Positions 27,501 through 39,154 of a DNA stretch of 64,000 nucleotides are shown piece after piece (position 1 is the stretch's first letter; each line of letters starts with the position of its first letter). Both the position numbers and the translations under genes were made by a program. Below the pieces are notes generated by a model. The model was not told the origin of the DNA, searched no databases, and worked only from the letters and a program-made list of their open reading frames with translations. The DNA is from Marsupella aquatica (taxonomy: Eukaryota > Plantae > Marchantiophyta): assembly GCA_973895155.1 (NCBI GenBank), contig OZ316891.1:8805875-8869874 (forward strand). The letters run 5' to 3'.

Positions 27501-28523
27501 GACTGCAAGCACGAACAAATAGTGAGGCTGTCAGACAATCATCTCAGCCAGGGACACCATATGTCAGTGTTAAGAAAATTGTGTAGACAATATCCAACGC
27601 TTTGCTCTTACCAGTTCAATATTTCGGAATACATCTTGTACTGCCAGGGGAATGATTCCTGGCTCTTCTGAGGTACCTCGCATAGTATAGGTCTTACCGC
27701 TACTGGTTTGACCGTACGCAAATATCGTGCCTGCGATTTAGAAACAATGGTACAGTAAGGAACTTGGCTTCCTGGCTTCCACATTTAGTCAATCATAGCG
27801 ACGCGAACAGCTCTGTCAGACAGGACCTCCCACAGTCACATAAGCGCAGCTGATGAGAGGAAGGCTGCAAAATTGTTGCACAGAAATAGCGGGACAACCG
27901 TTTCAAGAATTTTACAAAGAATAAATTCGGTGGGCGAACTTACCATTGAAACCTTGAACTGCAGATGATATAATTTTCTTTGTATGGGCGTCGTAGATGT
28001 CTATAGTTTTCGAGCTAGGATCAAAAACTCTGTCTGCAAGAGAAGACGACATACAAATGAAGTGATGAAGCCAGGAAACCTCCAAGATGTCGACAATTTT
28101 TATACCTACTGGCCCAATTCTGGAAAACCAGTACTAGCTAGATGCAATTTTCGGGAAATCCATGTAGTACCATTTTTCCTTTCGAGGTAATCTTTGCTGT
28201 CGTATACGTAAATCAAGATAGGCTTCGAATTGGTAAACGGCATCTTTCAGTTCACCGGAGCCGAACTCAGTACAGAGCGATTATACTTCTCAAAGAAGTC
28301 AAGCAAACGGACCAGCTAAGATTCCCAGAGAGAACCAATGTAGATAGGACAGACCATACAATCGGGAAGCTGCCGACAACATACCAAAGTTAAACGTTTG
28401 GCCTGATGTGGATGCTCCACTGGAGAGCGCAATGTTCTTTGGCGTCAGCTTCCATGGATTTCCCTTTGAAGCCTCTTGTTTGCTAAGCGGTCGTACTCGA
28501 ATGGAAACCAGAATGTTTTCCAT
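15513..28523 (-). CDS. Kinesin-7 family, CENP-E-like (KIN7N/KIN7O-type) mitotic kinesin, many exons
   Basis: Starts [12 protein letters not shown]. Motor motifs: P-loop [15 protein letters not shown] (~27680-27730), [30 protein letters not shown]...[10 protein letters not shown] and [23 protein letters not shown]. Long coiled-coil exons follow, including a ~1.7-kb exon at ~20338-22026. The last coding exon is inferred as 15818-15513. Not every exon boundary was resolved. Confidence 0.9.
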
Positions 28524-28709
28524 AATGTCCCACCAATTCTGCAATGCTACACTACAAGTACAGCCCTACCCAAACCTGCGCCAATTCTTCCACTGTCAAC
28601 GCGTTCCATTCACTAAATAATAATGTCTTCGTACCAGAAAGCAAGTGACTAGTACTTCCATGAGCTGCCGTGACAGGCCACAACTCCAGCGCTCTGCGAG
28701 ACCGAGTCA

Positions 28710-28962
28710 GCCACTACTCCTCCCAATTAACTACTACAGCACAGAAATCCGTGCGCGCTGCCACTGGCGATCGCTCCTCAGTCCCTTTCTCCTCGCGAAC
28801 TGGTCCTTCCATGACCTTCCGTCACAAGCATCACCGCCAGCACTCTGCGCGAGAACAAATCCCCCACACTACTCCCTACAAATTAATTAACCACTACTGT
28901 ACAGAGATCCGCGCGCGCTACCATGGACGATTGCTGCTCACACTCTTTTCCTCCTCGCGAAA
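28710..28962. repeat. Diverged ~165-bp-period duplication in the kinesin 5' leader region
   Basis: cactactcc...aattaac(t/c)actac...acaga(a/g)atccg(t/c)gcgcgct(g/a)cca...tcctcgcgaa occurs twice. Confidence 0.7.
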
Positions 28963-29224
28963 CACGACGTCGTTCGATCTACCATTGACGTCTTCTTTCA
29001 CAAAACAATCGCTGACATGCCACTGACCAAAGCGCTAAGATGAAACGAGTTCAAAATTCCTCTCAAATGTGCGGATGTGCGGATGTGCGGATGTGTGAGC
29101 AAGCAGCGGGGAATGATCGATCGATCAGCAACAAGGGTTCTCGAGCTGCAGCTCTGTTTTTGGGTCTTGTTAGGAAGGAAAGAAGGAGTGAAAGAGTGGA
29201 GTCGAGTTCGGGAGCGTTCCCACC

Positions 29225-29605
29225 CAAATCAACGGGAAAGCGCATTTTCAAATTTGTACGCCCGCATTCAAAGAGGCGTGCAAGCAGAGTGCAGAGACGG
29301 ACGTCAGTCGGTCGTGGTGTACACCGGCAAAGATAACTACACGTAACTCTCTATAAGTGCACACTCTCAAGAAAGACTCTATAAGTGCACACTCTCGGGA
29401 AACGACGGATCTGGCATTCCTTGATAAGCGCACCCCCCCCCGCCCCTGCTGAGAAGTGCACTTGTTTTTTAGATTCCTTTGTTGAAATTTAGAGCTGAGA
29501 AGTGCACTTGTTTTAGATGCCTTTGTTAAAAATTTATTAAAATTTAGAGCTGAGAAGTGCACTTGTTAGATTCCTTTGTTAAAAATTTAGAGCCCTCCGT
29601 TAGTG
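29225..29605 (-). promoter_or_regulatory. Putative cell-cycle promoter of the kinesin (MSA cores, CHR-like TTTGAA) with short tandem duplications
   Basis: AACGG at 29231-29235 and on the minus strand at 29597-29601; TTTGAA on the minus strand at 29247-29252. There is a CT-rich leader on the minus strand near 29170-29200 and a 3x ctgagaagtgcacttgtt repeat. These are short motifs that can occur by chance. Confidence 0.35.
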
Positions 29606-29919
29606 AAAAGTCACCCTCGTACGTCCTATCCCTGCCTAATTCTGTGCCAACCCTCCTTCAGTGCATTCTATACTCTACTAAGGATGGACATGCATTTTTC
29701 AGTATGTGCAATTTCATGATTTTGTGCCTTTATTGATAAGAGGGTAAGCATTTATAAAGTTGTCATTTAGTGAAATGATTTTCGCCCTGTGTGGGCTTAG
29801 AAAAAATGCTTAAAAAGCGCTTATCCCATGTAAAAGAAAAGGGATGACCTGCACTCATCAAGGGTGAGCACTTATGGAGTGTGCTCTTAGAGAGAGCCGA
29901 CTATACAGTAACACAGTCT

Positions 29920-30290
29920 ACCATGTCTAAGTGCTGCTCTGTGCTAAAGTTACACCTTACACCTTACTGTCTCTAAGTGCAACTCGGTGCTAAGTCTACA
30001 CCTTACTGTCTCTGAGTGCCATTCCGTGTTAAACGTAAACCTTACTGTGTCTAAGTGCAACTCGATGTTAAATTTACACCTTACACCTTCCGTCTCTGAG
30101 TGCAACTCAGTGATAAACGTAAACCTTACCATGTCTAAGTGCCAATTGGTGTTAAGTCTACACCCCACACCATACTTGGGTTAAATGCAACTTGGTGGTA
30201 AATGTGGACCTCACCATGTCTAAGTGAAAACTTGGTGCTAAGTGTACACTTCACACCTTACCATCTCTAAGTGCAACTTGGTGTTGGATA
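29920..30290. repeat. Diverged ~41-47-bp tandem repeat array
   Basis: Recurring tgtctaagtgcaactcggtgctaagtctacaccttac-like unit, about 8 copies. Confidence 0.85.
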
Positions 30291-30669
30291 CCCTATGTAC
30301 AAGGGGTAGTACCAGTTAGGTGCAGCCAACCACGGACCATGATCACGTACAATTGTGACTATGTGTCACAATTACAGAAGATTTTGGGGCCCAGATCTTT
30401 TTTTTTGTGAGGGGGAAATGACCCAGTATCCTTTAGTGTGAATATGGATGCATCGTAATTCTTTCCGTCAGTGGTCTCCGATGGATCACAGTCATGCTCC
30501 ATCACAATCAGTGGATCTTGAGGTTCCACAACGCAGCCCAATTCTTCATATTAGAGACTTTTAAGTGTATTTTTCAAATTACAAATTCAATTCTCAATGA
30601 ATGTTGACAATCATGGGTCATTAGAACAGTCTCTTCAAGATCAACCATCTCTTCAATATCTTTCCAACG

Positions 30670-30885
30670 CCATATTATATGTGGATTTTAGCTATGTTTG
30701 ACTCAACAATGTCAAATCAAAAGCCATATTATATGTGTATTTTAGCTATGTTTGACTCAACAATGTCAAATCAAAAGCCATATTATATGTGGATTTTAGC
30801 TATGTTTGACTCAGCAATGTCAAATCAAAAGCCATATTATATGTGGATTTTAGCTATGTTTGACTCAGCAATGTCAAATCAAAAT
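30670..30885. repeat. 54-bp tandem repeat, ~4 near-identical copies
   Basis: catattatatgtggattttagctatgtttgactca(a/g)caatgtcaaatcaaaagc repeated. Confidence 0.95.
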
Positions 30886-31990
30886 TTGCTGTCGAGAAAA
30901 ATTCTGCAGAAATCTGAAAATTTTGATTGATTGTAACTCTTTTAATCTAAACAAAATATTTGATGTTAGATTATTTGAAAGCTGATTCAAGAGATCTCTC
31001 TAATGCACCACAGCACTCCCAATTTTGTTGTGGATTGAAAATTGACTGATTATTATCTTGCTGCAGAGAAACATTAGTTGACTCACTACTAGTAAATTTG
31101 GAATACACTATCATTGTTTGCTTTGGATATTGGGAAGCACTCATAGACATGAACTTCAATCATCCCTAAGGAATTAAAAACTATCACCTCAAATCTCACT
31201 TAAAACCATCCAAGGCAAGGCAAATGCCAAGCTGATTTGCCAAAGCGATAAGCTGAGTATTGCATGAAGTTGCCATAGTGTAAGCCCCTTCTCAAAAACT
31301 CTGAAACCGACAGAGACCCATTACCAGCTCTACTGGAAAATTACCGGCTCTACTCGACAGAATCCTTGTTGCACCCGGTGTACGTCCCTCTTGTTACGGG
31401 TCTAGTTAGAGACTCTTGTAATTGTGAAAATTCTGTGAAAAATTCACATCATCCCATAAATTCTAAACCATTGGATCCATCTAATTGAACCATCTGGATT
31501 CTTTTCATGTGTGAGCACTTGTGTGAACACTCATGTGGGACAAAAGTGAATACTTGATTCTCAGCCATTGGATGTTTCTAATTGGAGCATCTAGATTTCT
31601 TGTTTGTGGGAACATTTGTGTATTCCTTGCATGTGGGGACACTTGTATGCAGAATCATGTGGGACAAAAATGAGAACCCGTGTCAGATTGTATTAGAATA
31701 TTAGATCATGTCATACCAAAAAATAGATGCATGTCCCTCATTTTTCTTAACCATGTCATAATGGAATGAGGGTACAAAATAAGGAAAAAAAGAGTCAATC
31801 CTAGCCCTTATATCAAAAATGGATTTTTTAGGTACCATCAGATCCGCCTAGACTCTCCTCACACCTCAAATGTCTGTCACAATGCTTGCTCGCATCTGCC
31901 CAAAATGAAAATTAAAATAAATTTTGGAAATTTTGGAAAAATCTGAATATCTAGACTATTATTTAAATATACATATTAACAGTCACCTAC

Positions 31991-32074
31991 AAATAAAATA
32001 AAATAAAATAAAATAAAATAAAATAAAATAAAATAAAATAAAATAAAATAAAATAAAATAAAATAAAATAAAAA
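31991..32074. repeat. (TAAAA)n microsatellite
   Basis: Perfect pentanucleotide run. Confidence 0.95.
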
Positions 32075-33426
32075 ACACTCCCTCATATTGCGTGACCATA
32101 CATGGACACCCGCCGCACGTGCCCATGCACAAACCTTTTCTCTCCCCAATAGCAACACTTTCACAACAATAATCTCGAGGGCCTTACGCCCAGGGGGTCT
32201 CATATCACACACAAAATTTGGGGGCAACAACACATTAAACATAAGTAAAATTTTAATCACTCATTTTTGTTAACCACTAATTCTTTTGACTTTTCAGAAT
32301 ATTCTTATTCAGAAATTGATTAAAACAGCCCTAGTGTTCGTCCACAAAAATTTATTAGTCTTTCACAAAATCCAATAAAAAAAACCTTTTACTTATTCAT
32401 GCATTATGGGTCGAAAGAAAATAAGTGAGGACCGCGGACAACAACAACAATGATCAAACTGATAACAATTTTACAACACTAACAACCCAACCAAAATGAG
32501 GAGACTTTTGCACTATCATGGTTGTTTTCCAAATTTTGACTTTTTTCATGCCAACAAAAGACTGTGAAGCAAAACATGGAAGGGGTCAAAGAGACTGGAA
32601 AAAAAGAGGGGCGATGATCAAGGAGAAAGTAGGAGGCACATGGATGGGAAGACACGGCCTTCAAAGCTCAATGGATGAGAAAAGGGGAACGCAATGATAA
32701 TTTGTATGCAACACATTCTTTTACATACCTATATCTTTTATTCCACTGTAACATCCTTTGCATAATAGCATACTTTCTGCAATGATATATTTTGTACATC
32801 TTTTGCAAAAGGACATCTTTTATGCAATATCATCTTTTATGTAATGTCATCTTTTATGTAATGTCATCTTTTGGGTAATGACATCTTTTACACTAGAACA
32901 TCTTCAATTTGCATAACAATATCTCTGGTGTAATGCACAGGTATTGAACTAGTTTTGCATTACAACCAATCACCCAAAACTTCAAATATGTCCTGAAGAG
33001 CCCTTAATGGCTGATGATAGGAATTATATAACATTACCAAAATTAAACCTCAACTAATATTTTACCCTCAAGTCCTTGCAACACTCAATGGTTCCACCAT
33101 TGGATCATTCCAACTAGCTAGCCAGAGTTACTTTGGTTAATCAAGAGTGCAAATAGTGGAATTATAATGACTTAACATAAAATAGTGACAAAGTATCCAA
33201 TTCCATTCTTTTTGGTGCCCCTGAAGCCTGTAGTTGATCTAAGGATGCACTACACAACAAGGGCACTTGAGAACCTTCAAATCAGGTTGGACTTATCTAT
33301 AGTATTTGTAGTAGTGTTAAATGTTTGGGACAGGCTCCTTCTTGGGCTTCTTGAGGGATGAGGGTATGAAAAAATTCAAATGATGTGTTAGTTGGCTTTA
33401 AGTTACAACTTGTTGGATGTCCTTGT

Positions 33427-33883
33427 TGTTGGGTATTTACTCTTACGTCTAGGTTAGGTATGACGTGGTTGGTACAACAACGTGGGTTGGTACAACTACG
33501 TGGTTAGGTACAACTACGTGATTAGGTACAACTATGTGGTTAGGTACAACTACGTGATTAGGTACAACTATGTGGTTAGGTACAACTACGTGATTAGGTA
33601 CAACTATGTGGTTAGGTACAACTAAGTTGCACACTATATCATAAGAGGCATGTATGCTTGGAGAGGAAAAACCAAGGCTCATTGTTATGGAGCCACTTGA
33701 GAGATAGGGAGAGCTTACACTGTGGAGACTCGGTATAGCCGACGGGCTTAGAGTTCAATAAAGCTCTCTTGTGTGTTCCCGTGGACGTAGCCTCAAGGAG
33801 GTGAACCACGTATCTCTTGTGTCGACTATTGTGCGTTGGATGGTTCATGGGCTTGCCGTTGCGATCGTCGTCTATGCTCAACA
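33427..33883 (+). repeat. Copia 5' LTR (457 bp) with 9 x 18-bp tandem units
   Basis: Starts tgttggg, ends ctcaaca; near-identical to the 3' LTR. Confidence 0.95.
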
Positions 33884-36800
33884 ATTGGTATCAGAGCATG
33901 CTTGGGAGGTGACGTGTGTTCGTGACGGGATTTCATGACGGTTTTTCCAGCGTTGAGTGTCGGTGGATTTCCCAGAGTTCCGTCGCATGGAACTTGGAGT
34001 TTATGGGCTCAACGGATAGATCAGGGCAAGAGCTTTCTAACGGTGTGAAGAAATCGCTGAACGGAGCTCGTGGTGCAGAGAGATCTAAGTTTTCGTCGTT
34101 CTGGATTTTGTGAAGAAAGCTGGCAATCGACTCGGAGGGAGAAGCGTCAAGTGTTTTGACTCAACGGAGAGATTGAGGCAAGACGATTGTTTTGAGTCCG
34201 GGATTGGCTCTTTGATGCAAAGAGGAAGGCTAAGCAAAATCAATTACCTTGTTGGACTTGGTGACGGCACCAAGTGCAATTGATCAACATTCGTTGTTGA
34301 CAAGGTACCATTTTTTTCTCTTTGAAAAACTGATTCGAAATTGGCTATGGCAATTGAGAGAAATCTGTCATCTTTACCAATTTCTTTCTCCCTCGTTCTT
34401 TCCTCGTTTTGGGTGCTTCTTATATCGATCTTCACCGTCTCGGAGTCTAGTTTCCAAATCTGAAATCGGATCTTGATTTCGTCAAAACCCGAGTGAGATA
34501 TCTTGCGTTTGGTGTCAAGGGGTACATTCTGCCGTGTGTATTTTCTGCGCGCGCGACCAGATTTCGACGACGAAGGGTGGTAGGGGGTTTTGGGGGTTTG
34601 AGGACACGTGTCAGCCCCTCGATTGTTCTTCCAAAATTCCCACAGGGTCTGTACAAGGGTCATAGAAGATTCCAAAAAACCAGAGAGCTATTTTTTGACC
34701 GTCCGATAAAGATTTCATCCGCCGAACGGTAACTTTTTTGGTTATTTTTCGGCGAGGTCGTAGCCATTGAAGTTGGCAACGCGGCGCACCAATCACATCG
34801 CAATTCCGACAACGGGTTGTACTTGGTATTTCGGTTATTCCTTGAGGTGGTCAAAACGGGGGAGTTTCCCAAGGTTTTACCCACCTCGATCGAAATTTGA
34901 ATAACTTTTCCGTCAAATTTCGATTTTGATTTTGGTTTTCAGTATTGGACTCCTAGCTTTGTGGGCTACGCGGCGGTGTTGAGTTTCGAGTTTTTTGAGA
35001 AGTTGTGAAAAACAACATTTTTTGTGATTTTCTCATATGAGTGATTCGGAGGAGTTTTTCGAAGACGTGGAACTTGAAGCACGAGGATCACCGCGGAGGT
35101 TTCAGGGGCAGAGAGAGGAGCAGGAGGAAGAGCACGTGACACCGATACCATCACCGGTGCGACGTGTGGTGGAGGAAGCAGTACTACTACCGGAGCTCAC
35201 GGTAGTGCCAAAGAAGAAGATGGGGACTTTCAAGCTTGGGGGACCCAAGTATGAAGTGACAAAGTATGATGGGCGCTCTGACTACTTGCTATGGGAGAAG
35301 CAGGTGAAGGGAGTGCTCTATGCGTCAGGGATGGGCCAACTACTGAGCCCTCGTGAAGACGATGCTGATGAGAAACAATGGGACCGCATGTAGGAGCAGG
35401 GAGTGTGGTGTGTTACACTCTATCTCATGCCTCCCATCATCAAGCAGTTGGGTGCACATAAGGATTGCATGTCCTTGTTTGCGGAATTGCAGAGCAAGTA
35501 TCACCGCAAGGAGTTGTCGAACCGGCTCTACACTTCCTACAAACTGATGAGTTTCAGGATGAAGGAATCCGGTACGAAGTTGCAAGACCATGTGGATGCT
35601 TTCAACGACATGGTCGTTGACTTGGAAAACCTTGGGGAGACTTTGAATGATGAGACGAAGGCTCTGCAGCTTCTTAGTTCATTGCCTCCATCTTACCAGT
35701 CCCTATCACGAGTGTTGTTGCATCGTGATAGGGATACCATTTCATACAATGACGTGGTAAGTTCTCTGCTTGGTGATGATCTTCAGCAGAAGATGCACAT
35801 CACGTCACAGCCTTCATCATCTGGTGCTGCCCTCAATGTTAACCGTGGGAGGAGTATGCAGCGACCAACTGGGGACCGTAGAACCCAGTTTAGATCTAAA
35901 TCCAGATCTAAGTCCAAGGGTAAATCCCCTCAGAGGAGGTAGGTGACATGTTGGAAGTGCAACCAAGTTGGACACTTCAAGCGAGACTGTAAGGGAAAGG
36001 CAGCGGAAACTTCATCGGCAAATGTGGCTAGGGCTGATGGAGAAGCTGATTTACTCAATGATGAGTATGTTTTATGAAGCCGGGGGTATGCCCTGTGCAC
36101 GTCATCTAGGAGAGCAGATGATGTGTGGATTCTTGATTGTGCTTGCTCTTTTCATATTTGTTACATTCGTGAGTTTTTCAGTTCTTACTCTATTTCAAAC
36201 GGTTCAGTTCTGATGGGAAATGATCACTCCTGTCAAATTGAGGGAATTGGGTCTATGAAATTCAAATGTTTGATGGCGCTGTGCGCACAGTGTCCGGAGT
36301 CAGGTATGTACCTGGCATGCGTAAGAATCTGATTTCACTCGATGTGTTGGATTCAAATGGTCATCAATGGAGCGTTATTGATGGTGAACTTCAAGTCAGG
36401 TCGGGAGAGACAGTGATTTTGAAGGGGAGTAGACAAAAGAATTTATATGTGTTACAGGGCAATACTATATGTGGAGAGGCCAATGTAACCAAATCTCACG
36501 AGGAGATGACTCAACTGTGGCATTCACGGCTAGGCCACATGAGTGAGAAGGGTTTGGCTATCTTACGGAAGAATGGACTCATTTCTGATTTGCAATCTTG
36601 TAAATTAGAGTTTTATGAGCATTGCATTCTTGGAAAGCAGCATCGTCGTGCTTTTGGTGTTGGAACTCATCGTTCCAAAGCGGTTCTTGAGTACATACAT
36701 AGTGACGTGTGGGGTCCATCCCCGACTCCCTCACACTCTAGAAAGTTGTACTATGTATCATTTATTGATGATTACTCAAGATTTGTGTGGATTTATTTCA

Positions 36801-37042
36801 TGACGCATAAGTCTGATGTCTTGTCCATTTTTAAGAAGTGGAAGGCCCAGGTGGAGAATCAGACTGGAAACACGATCAAGTGTTTGGATACAAGGGTGAA
36901 GAGTCTGAGGTCAGACAACGGCGGGGAGTACACTTCAATGGAATTTGAAGAGTACTATTCAGAACAGGGGATAACTCGCCATCTCACCACAGTTTATACT
37001 CCACAGCAGAATGGTGTCGCTGAGAGGCTCAATCGGACACTG

Positions 37043-39154
37043 AGTCGCGAATACAACTTTCACCTACTCGTAATTGCTCCGGCGTTGCCTAACTCCAGCG
37101 TTGAGCCCCTCTTAGATTTGCTACCATCATGGCCATTAGGTATGCGACTAACAAAGAGGAGGCTAGTAAGAGCAAGGACAAGACTTGAGAAAAGCGCGCT
37201 CCAATTAACTTTATTGGGCCCATTGCCGATCACGGAAATATGAACTATTTTTCTGAAGAATCACCATAGGGGCCCAAGAAGCCCCACATGAGCCCGATCA
37301 TGGGGCCGCATATTTCTCGGCCAACGGACCCAGGGGCCAAAAGTTATGGCCGACTCAAGCCGCATGCTTGTAGTTTGGGCCCGTTGCCGATCATGGAAAA
37401 ATGAACTATTTTTCCAACGGATCACCATAGGGGCCCGAGAAGCCCCACATGAGCCCGATCATGGGGCCGCATATTTCTCGGCCAACGGACCCAGGGGCCA
37501 AAAGTTATGGCCGACTCAAGCCGCATGCTTGTAGTTTGGGCCCGTTGCCGATCATGGAAAAATGAACTATTTTTCCAAGGGATCACCATAGGGGCCCGAG
37601 AAGCCCCACATGAGCCCGATCATGGGGCCGCATATTTCTCGGCCAACGGACCCAGGGGCCAAAAGTTATGGCCGACTCAAGCCGCATGCTTGTAGTTTGG
37701 GCCCGTTGCCTATCATGGAAAAATGAACTATTTTTCCAACGGATCACCATAGGGGCCCAAGAAGCCCTACATGAGCCCGATCATGGGGCCGCATAATTCT
37801 TGGCCAACGGACCCAGGGGCCAAAAGTTATGGCCGACTCAAGCCGCATACTTGTAGTTTGGGCCCGTTGCCGATCATGGAAAAATGAACTATTTTTCCAA
37901 CGGATCACCATAGGGGCCTGAGAAGCCCCACATGAGCCCGATCATGGGGCCGCATATGTTTTGGCCAACGGACCTAGGGGCCAAAAGTTATGGCCGATTT
38001 AGACTCGATTAGAGTCGCCGCGCATCGATGGACCAAGAGGGGGTTGCCTGGACCAGGGGGGGTTTCCTGGACCAGAGCAGGGTTAGGGCCGTAACTTTTA
38101 GCCCCTTATGCCACAATTTGCGCTCGAGGCCAAGTTATAGAAGGTTTTCAATTATCTTCGTTTCGAGCTAAGTGGCGGGGCCCACGGACCCTTGGGTAGG
38201 GGGCCAAAGATAGGGGACCAAAGCTGGTCCGGGGGTGGCAGGTCCCCAGAAGCATATATGAGGGGAGTGGTCCTCTCAAGTTTGAGCTCGAGCTGATCGC
38301 GATCAACGAAGATACGTCGTTTCGAGTTTTGAAGCGGAAACAAACATAACTCGACGACCGGATCTCCGTTGGGGGAGTTCTTGGGCTCGTTGGAAAGCTA
38401 ATGAAGAAAGCTACCTCATGGTGCTCTCTGATTGTGCATTGGATGATTTTGGTTTTGAGGCTTGCAATGGGGGGAGTCCCTCTTGCCGATCCGAAGTCGA
38501 ACAGTGACCAAACCGCATTTAGTTCCCACGGGGACCTGATGTTGGAGAGGTAGAACCAAGTAGACTCTGGGGGCTGCCATTGAGATCTGGTCCCGATGCA
38601 TGGTGAGAGGTTGAGCGGAACCCGGTTTCGCAGAGAGGTGGCTAAGATCTAGAAACTGAATGGTCCCGGCGTGTTACTACTAGTTTGTGACAAACTGAGT
38701 TTGGGCCATGGGCATGTCCTGGAGGTAGGGCGGTCAGCCATTGACGGGTAGAAAGTAGGGAAGCTTGGGCGACATCCGGTAGATAGACTATTCTGGACAA
38801 ACAGTGATGTCGACCTTAGTTTCAGCTTATGGCAAGGCCATGCGGGCCTGGGAGGCTCTATCCGCTGACCTACTTACTAACGACTGTTGAGCTTGAGGCA
38901 AGACAATGGTCTTGGGAGTTCCGAGATCAAGACAAGTTCTTACCGGTTGGTTGGTTGCTTGTGCAGATAGCAAAGACCGTTGAGCGACGGTTGTGCTGAC
39001 GAGGGCAAGTGCGGCTTTGTATGGGAGGGGTCGCTAACGACAAGGAGTATAGTCGGGGAGAACTTGCCCCAACATTCCGTGTTAGTGCAAGGTTCGACTT
39101 GTTTCAAGGCTGAGAAACGAGTTTGGACGGGCACGTGGTGGGAGGGCCACCACT
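37043..39154. mobile_element. 2112-bp non-coding insertion inside the copia integrase (probable solo LTR with AGT...ACT termini)
   Basis: Integrase ...RLNRTL|LERSRSML is restored when the insert and one CACTG copy (37038-42, 39155-59) are removed. The termini are AGTCGCG...CACCACT and there is no long ORF. Confidence 0.8.
37215..37998 (+). repeat. 161-bp tandem repeat, ~5 highly similar copies
   Basis: Unit ggcccgttgccgatcatggaaaaatgaac...ggccaaaagttatggccgactcaagccgcatgcttgtagtttg. Near-identical ORFs at 37346 and 37507 give the period. Confidence 0.95.

Noticed and set aside
30679-30930. ORF with 18-aa repeats; CRISPR-like appearance of nearby arrays
   Set aside because: This is a plain head-to-tail tandem repeat with no unique spacers, in a eukaryotic context with no cas genes.
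33449-33682. VVPNH-repeat ORFs (also 41679-41948)
   Set aside because: They are antisense translations of the LTR 18-bp array.
37043-37243. Apparent novel integrase C-terminus, and the N-terminal ~60 aa of ORF 38980-41466
   Set aside because: Both are read-through into the nested insertion; the true integrase resumes at 39160.
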